This document shows, piece after piece, positions 1 to 7,900 of a stretch of DNA of 25,204 nt (position 1 is its first letter; each line of letters begins with the position of its first letter). The stretch is from assembly GCA_964467135.1 (NCBI GenBank), contig CAYXOZ010000005.1, positions 1 through 25,204 on the forward strand, given 5' to 3'. This stretch comes from an uncultured Dehalococcoidaceae bacterium (GTDB lineage Bacteria; Chloroflexota; Dehalococcoidia; Dehalococcoidales; RBG-16-60-22). The translations under genes were made by a program, and so were the position numbers. The notes under the pieces were generated by a model. The model was not told where the DNA came from and made no database searches. It saw only the letters and a list, made by a program, of their open reading frames with translations.

Positions 1-192
1 CACCTCTACTGCTCGGACATCATCGAGACGGTGATACTGGGACGCCGGTTGAACCCGGGAGAAAGCGAAGCCGCCATGGTCACTTTCTCCAAAGAGAAGG
101 GATTTGAGAAATGCGGGCTGCCGCCGGGTCTGGGCTGCCGCCTCGCCGCAGAGTTCATGATAGACAGCATGCAGCCAAAAAAACCGGGATAG
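1..192 (+). CDS. 3' end of a gene truncated by the window start; tentatively a C_GCAxxG_C_C-type redox protein
   Basis: Frame 1 is open from base 1 to TAG at 190-192 (HLYCSDIIETVILGRRLNPGESEAAMVTFSKEKGFEKCGLPPGLGCRLAAEFMIDSMQPKKPG*), ending 11 nt before the dsrM-like ATG. The 'xxCxDI...C...AAE' spacing recalls the C-terminal half of C_GCAxxG_C_C proteins, but the family call is weak. Confidence 0.5.
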   Translation, partial: HLYCSDIIETVILGRRLNPGESEAAMVTFSKEKGFEKCGLPPGLGCRLAAEFMIDSMQPKKPG

Positions 193-203
193 AAAAATAA
201 TAT

Positions 204-1118
204 ATGTCGGGAATTTTCTGGCATATTTTCACTTTCAGCGCGATATTTGTTTTTCTGGTAATTCTATTTTATCGCCTTCTGGCTATCGTCAGGCAACCGG
301 TCCATTTACGATGGGAACTGGCGCCGATACCGCATGAAAAGGGGAAGGGAAAATACGGTGGTTCCTACCTAGAAGAATACGAATGGTGGCGGAAACCGAG
401 AAAACATTCACGCATCGCTCCTATATTATATATGCTCCAGGAGATATTTCTGATGAGGGGCATATGGAAAAATAATCGGGGTCTATGGCCCTTTTCGTCA
501 TTACTTCATGGCGGGATTTACCTTTTCATCGTAACGCTTGTACTGGATATAGTTAACGCTGTGTTTATTATTACCGGCGTCCCGACCCAAATCCTCAATG
601 TGTTTCAAAATATTGCCTCGGTTTTGGCCCTGGCGGGGTATCTGGCGGGCGGCCTGGGGGCGACATCACTTATCCTGAAACGCCGGCTGGACAGCAACTA
701 CAGGGCGTTCACCACACGCGCGATGTATTTCAGGCTCGCGTTCCTGGGGGCGATATTTATCAGCGGCATCTGGGCATGGGCCGCCAGTGCAGCCTTTGCC
801 TCCGAAACTAGCCAGTTCATAAAAAATCTCATAACGCTTGAGAGCGGTATCTCGGCGGGCGTGCCTCTGACAACACACATTATCATATCACTGCTATTTA
901 TCGTCTATCTGCCGTTCACAGACATGCTCCACTTTATGGCTAAATATTTCACCTATCACGCGGTACGCTGGAACGATAATCCGCTGGATGAAAAGATGAA
1001 TAAGAAACTCGAGAGACTGATTAACAAACCGGTAGGCTGGTCGGCGCCGCATGCGGGGCCGGGTAAAAGCTGGGCGGAGATTGCCTCCGGGAAAAAAGAC
1101 AATGCCGAAAAAGCTTAA
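204..1118 (+). CDS. dsrM: DsrM-like / NarI-family membrane b-type cytochrome subunit
   Basis: 304 aa with about 5-6 hydrophobic helices. His102 (LLHGGIY) and the His225/His243 pair spaced 18 residues apart match NarI H187/H205. Lies directly upstream of, and overlaps, the dsrK-like gene. Confidence 0.75.
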   Translation: MSGIFWHIFTFSAIFVFLVILFYRLLAIVRQPVHLRWELAPIPHEKGKGKYGGSYLEEYEWWRKPRKHSRIAPILYMLQEIFLMRGIWKNNRGLWPFSSLLHGGIYLFIVTLVLDIVNAVFIITGVPTQILNVFQNIASVLALAGYLAGGLGATSLILKRRLDSNYRAFTTRAMYFRLAFLGAIFISGIWAWAASAAFASETSQFIKNLITLESGISAGVPLTTHIIISLLFIVYLPFTDMLHFMAKYFTYHAVRWNDNPLDEKMNKKLERLINKPVGWSAPHAGPGKSWAEIASGKKDNAEKA

Positions 1119-2700
1119 ACTTACCGATATATCAAAAAACGGAGAAGACCAGCTCAGCGGGGTCGACCTCCAGGAGCTGATGCCGCTGCCGCCGCCTTAC
1201 GATAAAAGCGAGGAGTTCCCCCCGGTGAAGCCTCTCACTGACGACCAGCGGGAGAGGCTGGAAAGCAATCTCGATGGCTTCTCGGCGCTGGCTTTGCCCC
1301 GCCCCAAAAACCGCGAGGAGGAACAGAAATATATCGGGCAGTTCATCTCCGGGTTGAAAAAGCTCCTCAGCAAAGAGTCCAACTGGACGTTCTTACAGCC
1401 CCTTCTCCTTTCCCTGGACTACTGCGCGCGCTGCCAGACCTGCAACGAAGCCTGCCATGTCTACACGGCCAGCGGCCAGAACGACCTCTACCGTCCCACC
1501 TACCGTTCCGAGATATTCCGTCGGCTGGTCAATAAATACGTCAAACACCAGGGCTCCAGGTTCGACGGGAATGACATCGAGCTCAACTGGACGACTGTCG
1601 CCCGACTTTACGAGCTCGCCTACCGCTGCAACCTGTGCCGCCGCTGCGCGCAGGCATGTCCCATGAGCGTGGATAACGCGCTTATCACCCGCGAGATACG
1701 CAAGCTTTTCAGCCAGGAGCTCGGCTGGGCGCCCCGGGAGCTCCACGAAAAGGGCACGGTCTTGCAGCTGGAGGTGGGCTCCCCTACCGGCCTGAGGCCG
1801 GATGTCGTTAAAGACAATATGGCGTTCCTGGACGAGGATTTCAGCGAAGCCACGGGTAGGAAAATAAAGACGCCCTGGGACAAAAAAGGCGCCGACGTCC
1901 TCATCATCCACTCCGCCGGGGACATCCTCTCTTTCCCGGAGAGCGTGGTGGCTTTCGGGATATTATGTAATGCCGCTGGCATCGACTGGACGCTGTCGTC
2001 GGAAGCGCCCGGCTATGACGGCGTCAACTACGGCCTGTTCTACGACGATATCCAGCTCGCCCGGATTGCCACCCGGCACGCGCAAATCGCCCGCAAGCTC
2101 GGGGTGAAAAAGATAGTCATGGGAGAATGCGGGCACGAGCATAAAGCCCTGATGACCGTCGCCGACCGGCTGCTCATGGGCGACCTCAATATACCGCGGG
2201 AAAGCGCCATGACCTTCCTGGAGGACATCGTTTTTCGCGGTAAAATAAAGTTCGACCCGTCGAAAAACGCTTTCCCCGTAACGCTCCACGACCCCTGCAA
2301 CATCGTCAGGAACCTGGGAATAGTCGAACCGCAACGTAAGGTCCTGCGTTATCTCTGCCCAAAGTTCCGGGAGATGGAGCCTCACGGAGTGGACAACTAC
2401 TGCTGCGGGGGCGGGGGCGGCCTCAGCGTGATGAACAACGTTAACTTTACCGACTGGAAGGTAAACGTCGCCGGGAGGATGAAATTTAAGCAGGTACTGG
2501 AAGCCTTCGCCGATGCGCCCGGGCCGGAGGTAAAAAAATATATCTGCGCCCCCTGCCTCAACTGCAAGCTGCAGTTCCGTGACATCCTCGAGCACTACGG
2601 GGCAAAAGAAAGGTCCGGCATCATCGTCGGCGGACTGGCCGAGCTCATCGTTAACGCGATGGTGGATATTAAAAAGCCTTTCATCAACCTGGCAGATTAA
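1102..2700 (+). CDS. dsrK: DsrK-like Fe-S oxidoreductase (HdrD/CCG family)
   Basis: Two CxxCxxCxxxC motifs (CARCQTCNEAC 1423-1455; CNLCRRCAQACP from 1627), plus GECGH, HDPCN, YCCGGGGG and CAPCLNCKLQF of the CCG domain. ATG 1102 (MPKKLKL, 17-nt overlap with the dsrM end) is preferred over the ORF-track start at 1051. Confidence 0.85.
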   Translation: MPKKLKLTDISKNGEDQLSGVDLQELMPLPPPYDKSEEFPPVKPLTDDQRERLESNLDGFSALALPRPKNREEEQKYIGQFISGLKKLLSKESNWTFLQPLLLSLDYCARCQTCNEACHVYTASGQNDLYRPTYRSEIFRRLVNKYVKHQGSRFDGNDIELNWTTVARLYELAYRCNLCRRCAQACPMSVDNALITREIRKLFSQELGWAPRELHEKGTVLQLEVGSPTGLRPDVVKDNMAFLDEDFSEATGRKIKTPWDKKGADVLIIHSAGDILSFPESVVAFGILCNAAGIDWTLSSEAPGYDGVNYGLFYDDIQLARIATRHAQIARKLGVKKIVMGECGHEHKALMTVADRLLMGDLNIPRESAMTFLEDIVFRGKIKFDPSKNAFPVTLHDPCNIVRNLGIVEPQRKVLRYLCPKFREMEPHGVDNYCCGGGGGLSVMNNVNFTDWKVNVAGRMKFKQVLEAFADAPGPEVKKYICAPCLNCKLQFRDILEHYGAKERSGIIVGGLAELIVNAMVDIKKPFINLAD

Positions 2701-2747
2701 TGTATACTGGGGGAGCTAAAGTATTACAATCAGGAAGGGTGAAGCCA

Positions 2748-3065
2748 ATGGCAAAAATGGAACTGGCCGGCAACACGTATGAAGTAGACGAGCATGGCTT
2801 TCTACAGGAGACCGCTAAATGGACCGAGGCAATCGCCCGGGCCTACGCCGTTAAAGAAAACGTCAACGAGCTCACGCCGGACCATTGGACGGCTATCAAT
2901 TACCTGAGGACTTACTACCTCCAGAATGGCATCTGCCCGATGATACGCCGGCTCGTTAAGGAGACCGGCTTTTCCCTGAAAAAACTTTACGACCTCTTCC
3001 CCAACGGGCCGGCCCAGTCCGCCTGTAAATGGGCGGGCGTACCCAAGCCGACAGGCTGCGTGTAG
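2748..3065 (+). CDS. dsrC: DsrC (TusE/DsrC/DsvC family) sulfur-carrier protein with both C-terminal cysteines
   Basis: 105 aa from ATG 2748 (purine-rich GGAAGGGTGA upstream). Motifs VDEHGFL, W..A, HW..INYLR.YY and LFP.GPA..AC..AG.PKPTGCV; Cys93-X10-Cys104. Confidence 0.9.
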   Translation: MAKMELAGNTYEVDEHGFLQETAKWTEAIARAYAVKENVNELTPDHWTAINYLRTYYLQNGICPMIRRLVKETGFSLKKLYDLFPNGPAQSACKWAGVPKPTGCV

Positions 3066-3083
3066 ATTATCACACGGTTTCTT

Positions 3084-3623
3084 TTATCTCCCGATACCTT
3101 CGGGCTTGCCGAGATACTTCGGCATGTTGCTGTAACCCTCGCTCATGGCATCATCGTGCCAGAAAGACCAGTCGAGTTTGGCACGGTGCTCTTTGGTGAG
3201 CAGCTGCGGATAGAACTTTTCCGTGTGCTTGAGTCCCTGGTTAATCTCGATGAATATCCAGGGCCGGACGGTCTTTTGCGGGTTCCAGGGGCCATGGATA
3301 AAGTTCGGCGGGATAAAGACGACCGTGCTTTCCGTGATGACATGCTTTTCCAGCTCCGGTCCCATGCACAGCTCCACCTCCGCCCCGAGGTCGTCGGGAC
3401 GGGCGGGGTCGGTGCCGATATGTATCAGTAACTCAGCTTCAGAGTGGATATGCGGCGGGTGCCCTATTTTCATGCGGGGCTCGGCGTGGGGGAGTACCCA
3501 GTGAATGAAATAGAAATTACTCCCGGCGATAGTTTTGCTGTCCATACGCTGCAGGATGGGGCCCATGATAAAGGGATAAGGCGGCGGATTGTTCTTCAGG
3601 AAATATCTATCATACTTTGCCAC
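3084..3623 (-). CDS. Cupin-like hypothetical protein
   Basis: 179 aa, GTG start with AAGGAGG upstream. Two cupin-type metal motifs, PHIHSEAE and IPPNFIHGP. Confidence 0.7.
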   Translation of the reverse strand: MAKYDRYFLKNNPPPYPFIMGPILQRMDSKTIAGSNFYFIHWVLPHAEPRMKIGHPPHIHSEAELLIHIGTDPARPDDLGAEVELCMGPELEKHVITESTVVFIPPNFIHGPWNPQKTVRPWIFIEINQGLKHTEKFYPQLLTKEHRAKLDWSFWHDDAMSEGYSNMPKYLGKPEGIGR

Positions 3624-3659
3624 TCCAGTGCCCTCCTTGACCGATGTTAATACGGGAAC

Positions 3660-3665
3660 ATTATA
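3660..3665 (-). promoter_or_regulatory. Putative sigma70 -10 element (TATAAT) for the cupin gene
   Basis: Perfect TATAAT on the minus strand about 20 nt upstream of the AAGGAGG RBS; no convincing -35. Confidence 0.4.
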
Positions 3666-3690
3666 CTACAGGCTATCCCGGAGAATCACG

Positions 3691-3720
3691 TTGACAGGGC
3701 CAGGCGGCGATAGTCATAAT
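3691..3720 (+). promoter_or_regulatory. Putative sigma70 promoter for the MBL-fold gene
   Basis: TTGACA (3691-3696), 18 nt, CATAAT (3715-3720); ATG at 3730. Confidence 0.55.
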
Positions 3721-3729
3721 TGAGTAAAT

Positions 3730-4368
3730 ATGGAAGACAAAATCATTATTAAAAGGCTGGTAGTGGGCTCGCTTTCCGCCAACTGCTACGTCGTCGGTAT
3801 GGCTGGCCAAGGCATGGTCATCGACCCCGGCGGCAACGCCGGAGAAATCCAACGGGCGATTGCCGGGTCCGGCCTGGATATTAAAATCATCGCGCTGACC
3901 CACGGGCACTCCGACCATATTGCGGCGCTGCGGGATATACAGGACCAGACCGGGGCGGAAGTGGCCATTCATACGGAAGACGCCGACTTCCTCGAAACCA
4001 GCTCCCAGTTCGGCATTTCCTACCGGACGCCACACCCGCCGGACCGGCTGCTCCACGAGGGGGACGTTATCGATATCGGCAATATGAGCTTTACGGTAAT
4101 ACACACCCCGGGGCATACACCCGGCAGCATCTGCCTGCTCAGCGGCGATAAAGTCTTCACCGGGGATACGCTCTTCTACCGGGGCATCGGCACCACCCTG
4201 ATGCCGGGGAGTAGCCGCTCCCAGCTAATCAATAGCATCCAGACCAGGCTGATGGCGCTGCCCGACGACACTATCATTTACCCCGGCCACGGCCGCGAGA
4301 CGACCATCGGCGCGGAGCGCCGTGACAATCCCTATGTCACCGGCAAAGCCGGTCGCGGCTACTGGTAG
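3730..4368 (+). CDS. MBL-fold metallo-hydrolase (glyoxalase II-like)
   Basis: Motifs THGHSDH, HTPGHT, GDTLF and YPGHG; 212 aa. Confidence 0.92.
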   Translation: MEDKIIIKRLVVGSLSANCYVVGMAGQGMVIDPGGNAGEIQRAIAGSGLDIKIIALTHGHSDHIAALRDIQDQTGAEVAIHTEDADFLETSSQFGISYRTPHPPDRLLHEGDVIDIGNMSFTVIHTPGHTPGSICLLSGDKVFTGDTLFYRGIGTTLMPGSSRSQLINSIQTRLMALPDDTIIYPGHGRETTIGAERRDNPYVTGKAGRGYW

Positions 4369-4419
4369 ATTTCATAACCCTTTCACTGTTCCCCCGGCTA
4401 TTTCCCCCCGCTTATCTAA

Positions 4420-4485
4420 CTGTGACTATCTTGTAACAGGCGTGCGACTTTTTGTGATTTGGATGTAACCGGGCGGAGTTAAAGT
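4420..4485 (+). promoter_or_regulatory. Promoter module 1: two 7-4-7 direct-repeat boxes plus -10
   Basis: CTGTGAC-TATC-TTGTAAC (4420-4437), TTGTGAT-TTGG-ATGTAAC (4452-4469), 10 nt, TAAAGT (4480-4485). The same geometry recurs at 16085-16150. Confidence 0.65.
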
Positions 4486-4595
4486 ATTGCCAGTTATTTC
4501 GTCAATTTGGTAAACCGTGTGAACAACGTAAGCAGCTTTAAAAACGCTGACGGTGTCTAACCGGCCCGGCATACCGGTTTCAAAGGAGGCGCAAC

Positions 4596-4814
4596 TTGCG
4601 AACAACCTTAGAAAAAACTTACCCGGAATATCTCACCACCGGTGTCGTGGCCAGGCACTGCGGCGTCAGTAAAGTGACCGTCCTGCGGTGGATTGAAAGG
4701 GGGAACCTGACGGCTTTCCGACTGCCCGGAGGGCAGAACCGGATACACCGGGACGACTTCTTCGCTTTCGCCGTCAGACACAGTATACCCATCAAGAAAA
4801 ACGATGACCAGTAA
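4596..4814 (+). CDS. Stand-alone excisionase/BldC-like (HTH_17, MerR-type) DNA-binding protein
   Basis: TTG start 6 nt after GGAGG; LTTGVVARHCGVSKVTVLRWIERGNLTAFRLPGGQNRI is a typical Xis/BldC-like winged HTH; 72 aa. Confidence 0.85.
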   Translation: MRTTLEKTYPEYLTTGVVARHCGVSKVTVLRWIERGNLTAFRLPGGQNRIHRDDFFAFAVRHSIPIKKNDDQ

Positions 4815-4904
4815 TAATCTGCCATACAGAGGGCCTCATCCGCCCCGGTTTCCCCAACAACCATAACCTGGCCTGTTAACCCTTTTAGTAGGAGGTACAC
4901 GCTC

Positions 4905-7900
4905 ATGTCCAGGTTCGAAAAGTCAACCATGTCACTCATCTTCCGCTATCTCCGCATCCTGATTGCCGCCGTCTTTCTCATCGGCTTTTTGCCCGCGCCG
5001 GCGCTGGCCGAGGGCACGCCGCCGGCAAATATCACCGACCTCGCGGCCGGCAGCCCCACGCACAACAGTATCGCCCTCAACTGGACGGCCCCCACCGATG
5101 ACGGACTGGCCACCCAGTATGAAATCCGGTACGCGACCACCGTTATCGGCAACGAAAACGCCTGGAACAGCGCCCAACCGGCGCAGAACGTTCCGCCGCC
5201 GCATACCGCCGGCACTCCGGAGAGCTTCGTTGTACCCAACCTCAGCGCCAATACCACCTATTTCTTCGCCGTCAAGACCCGGGACGATGAGGACCTTCTT
5301 TCCGGCCTGTCCAACTCCCCCTCCGCGACCACTTTATTATCGCCGACTTTCAGCATCACTCACAGCCAGAACCGCTATTCATTCATGCTCGCGGCGGGAG
5401 CCAATATTACCGAGACCTTCAACGTAACGTCATTGAATAATTTCACTGGGACCATCAACCTGGGTTTCGGCGGACCGCCGGAAATAGCCAATAACTCCTC
5501 GGTCACGCCCAACCAGGTCACCCTGTCACCCGGTCAAACGCAGGCAGTCGCCCTGAACATACGCGCCGGCGCCATGGCGCCTTCAGGTTCTTACCAGTGC
5601 GGACTCAACGGCAATGCCCCGGGCCAGCAGAAAAGCGCCTTTTTCACGGTCATCATCGGCGTGCCCGGGCAGCCGCTTTTATCAGCATCGCCGCCGGTGG
5701 TCGGTCCCGGAGGCCAGAGCAATATCTTCGCCGCGCAGTTCCCCGGCGCCGCTGACATCACCCTCAAATGGGACTCCGGCCCGAACGCCGGGCAGACCAT
5801 CACTTCGGGACAGACAACCGCGGAAGGGACCTGGAATACTTTATTGAGTATTCCGCCTCAGGTGCCCGGGGGAATCTTTATCCTGAAAGCGATTTCCGGC
5901 CAAGCCTCCGCCACCTGCCAGATAACGATTACCTCTGGCGCCGGCCCCGATTACCTTCTTTCCGCCTCCCCCCAGTTCGTTTCCATCACGCCCGGCCACT
6001 CCGCCAACGTCACTATTTACGTCCAATCTATTAGCGGCTTCAACAGCACCGTAACGCTTAATGCGGGCACCGCCCCCGGTGTGACCAGGAGTTTCTCGCC
6101 CACTAGCGTCACGCCCGCCAGCGGTGACACAGCATCCGCTATCCTGACCATCTCTGTAGCGGACTGGGCTTCCCCCAGCATGTACCAGTTGAACATCGAA
6201 GGGACCTGCGCCAGCCCGCCCATAAATAAGTTTACCAATATCAACCTGGACATCCAGCCGCAGGCGAACTGGGGCCCGGGTATCTCGCTATCGCAGTCCT
6301 ACGCCCGGGCCGGCGACATGATTACCGTCTCCGGCGCCAATTTCCCGCCGGCTACCCAGGGACAGGTGGTAACGATAAAAGAGGTATTTTCCAACACCAC
6401 GCTGCCGACCAACCCCGCCAGTATCACCGTCAACGGCGGCAGCTTTACCGGGACTTTCACCATCCCGTCCGGGATACCTTCCGGCAACTACCGCATTAAA
6501 GCCATCGTTCAGAGCACCGGCGACTTCGCCGAGAGGGACTTCCAGATTCTGGGGACCAGCGAGACCTTCACCCTGGGGGTATCACCGCAGTCGATGAGCG
6601 TGATGACGGAGCAGGACCACAACACGGCCATCGTTTCGGTGAATATCTTTTCCGTGGGCGGCAGCAGCGCTACCGTCAACCTGGCGCTGGAAGGCGTGCC
6701 GGGCTGGCTCACGTACCGGTTCGGCGCCCTGGCGGACAATACCCCGGCTACTGACGCCAATGCTGTATCCGTGCCCGCTGGCGGGTCAACCTCCGTTGAC
6801 CTTCAGCTTACCGCCAGCTTAACAGCGCCGACCGGCTCCTATCCGGTCACGATCAAAGGCTGGATAACGGCCAGCCCGGAACAGCGCGTCTCGTTACAGC
6901 TCATGATACAGCCGCCGTCCGGATTCGGTATGGCGGAGTTCACCCTCAGTCCCACCTTCGGGGAGAGCGGCCGGACGGTCACTTTCTCTGGCTCCGGCTT
7001 CACCGACTGCACGCCGAATGAAGTCAGGGCTCTTAATTTCGGCGGCATCGATATACTCGCCACCCAGAGCCTCCCCACCATCACCGTGCCTGCCTCCGGG
7101 GAGTCCGCGGGCAGGTTCTCCGGCACTTTCCGCGTGCCGGCGGCGCTAGCGCCGGGCACGTATCCGGTAGACATCAGAGTGGGCGATTCGCCCAGTAAAT
7201 TCATCGGCAAATCCTTCACGATAACCGGAGGCAGCGATACCTTCGTGCTACAGGCATCGCCGAGCTTCCTCTTTGTGCCTCAGGGCGGCCATATCACCAC
7301 CATGATACAGGTACAGGCCACCGGCTCCACGTCACCCACGGTTGCCCTGTCGCTGGAGGGATACCCGGCCAACGATATCGGCAGTCTCCTCAATCCCAAC
7401 AGCGTTACCGCGCCGCCAGGCGGCGTTGCCACCTCCGAGCTGACTCTGACCGCGCAGCCCTGGTTGCCGGCGGGCCATTACACGATTACCGTTAAGGGTA
7501 TCAGCGGCGCCGAGGTGCACCGTATCCCGCTGGAAATGGACGTGGCGCCGCCGGCCGGCATGAATATGGCTTCGATTTATCTCAGCCCGACGTCCGGGTA
7601 CGCTAGCACCTGGGTCACCATCAGCGGCAGCGGTTTCCAGGCGAACTCGAGCGTTACCCACCTCTATCTCGGACCGCCGACTGTCGACAACGACTGGGCG
7701 GGGCGCCTGCCGCCTATTGTGACCAACGAATCGGGGGCGTTTACCGCCGTTTTACAGATTCCATCAGTTCTGCCATCCGGCATGTACATGATTGAAGCGG
7801 TGACGGGCAACCCGCCCAACGACCGGAGGGCATCCGCCCAGTTTACCGTCTTCGGCAACGGGGCAAGTTTTAGCTTTAACCTATCTCCTAATATGATACA

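Noticed and set aside
1051-1101. ORF-track N-terminal extensions of dsrK (1051) and dsrC (2700)
   Set aside because: They overlap upstream genes or stops and add non-homologous sequence; downstream ATGs at 1102 and 2748 fit the families better.
4421-4438. CRP site reading of the TGTGA boxes
   Set aside because: The second half-site is TGTAA/TGTTA/CGTGA rather than TCACA in all four boxes; a direct repeat with 11-bp period fits better.
4509-4582. Possible c-di-GMP-I riboswitch in the HTH1 leader (GGTAAAC...GTCTAA)
   Set aside because: Lacks the GNRA-capped P2 and the CGCAAA segment, and is not mirrored in the HTH2 leader. An Infernal/Rfam scan would settle it.
4596-4814. Prophage or ICE excisionase marking an integrated element
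   Set aside because: No integrase, att-like repeats, tRNA or phage/conjugation genes in the window.
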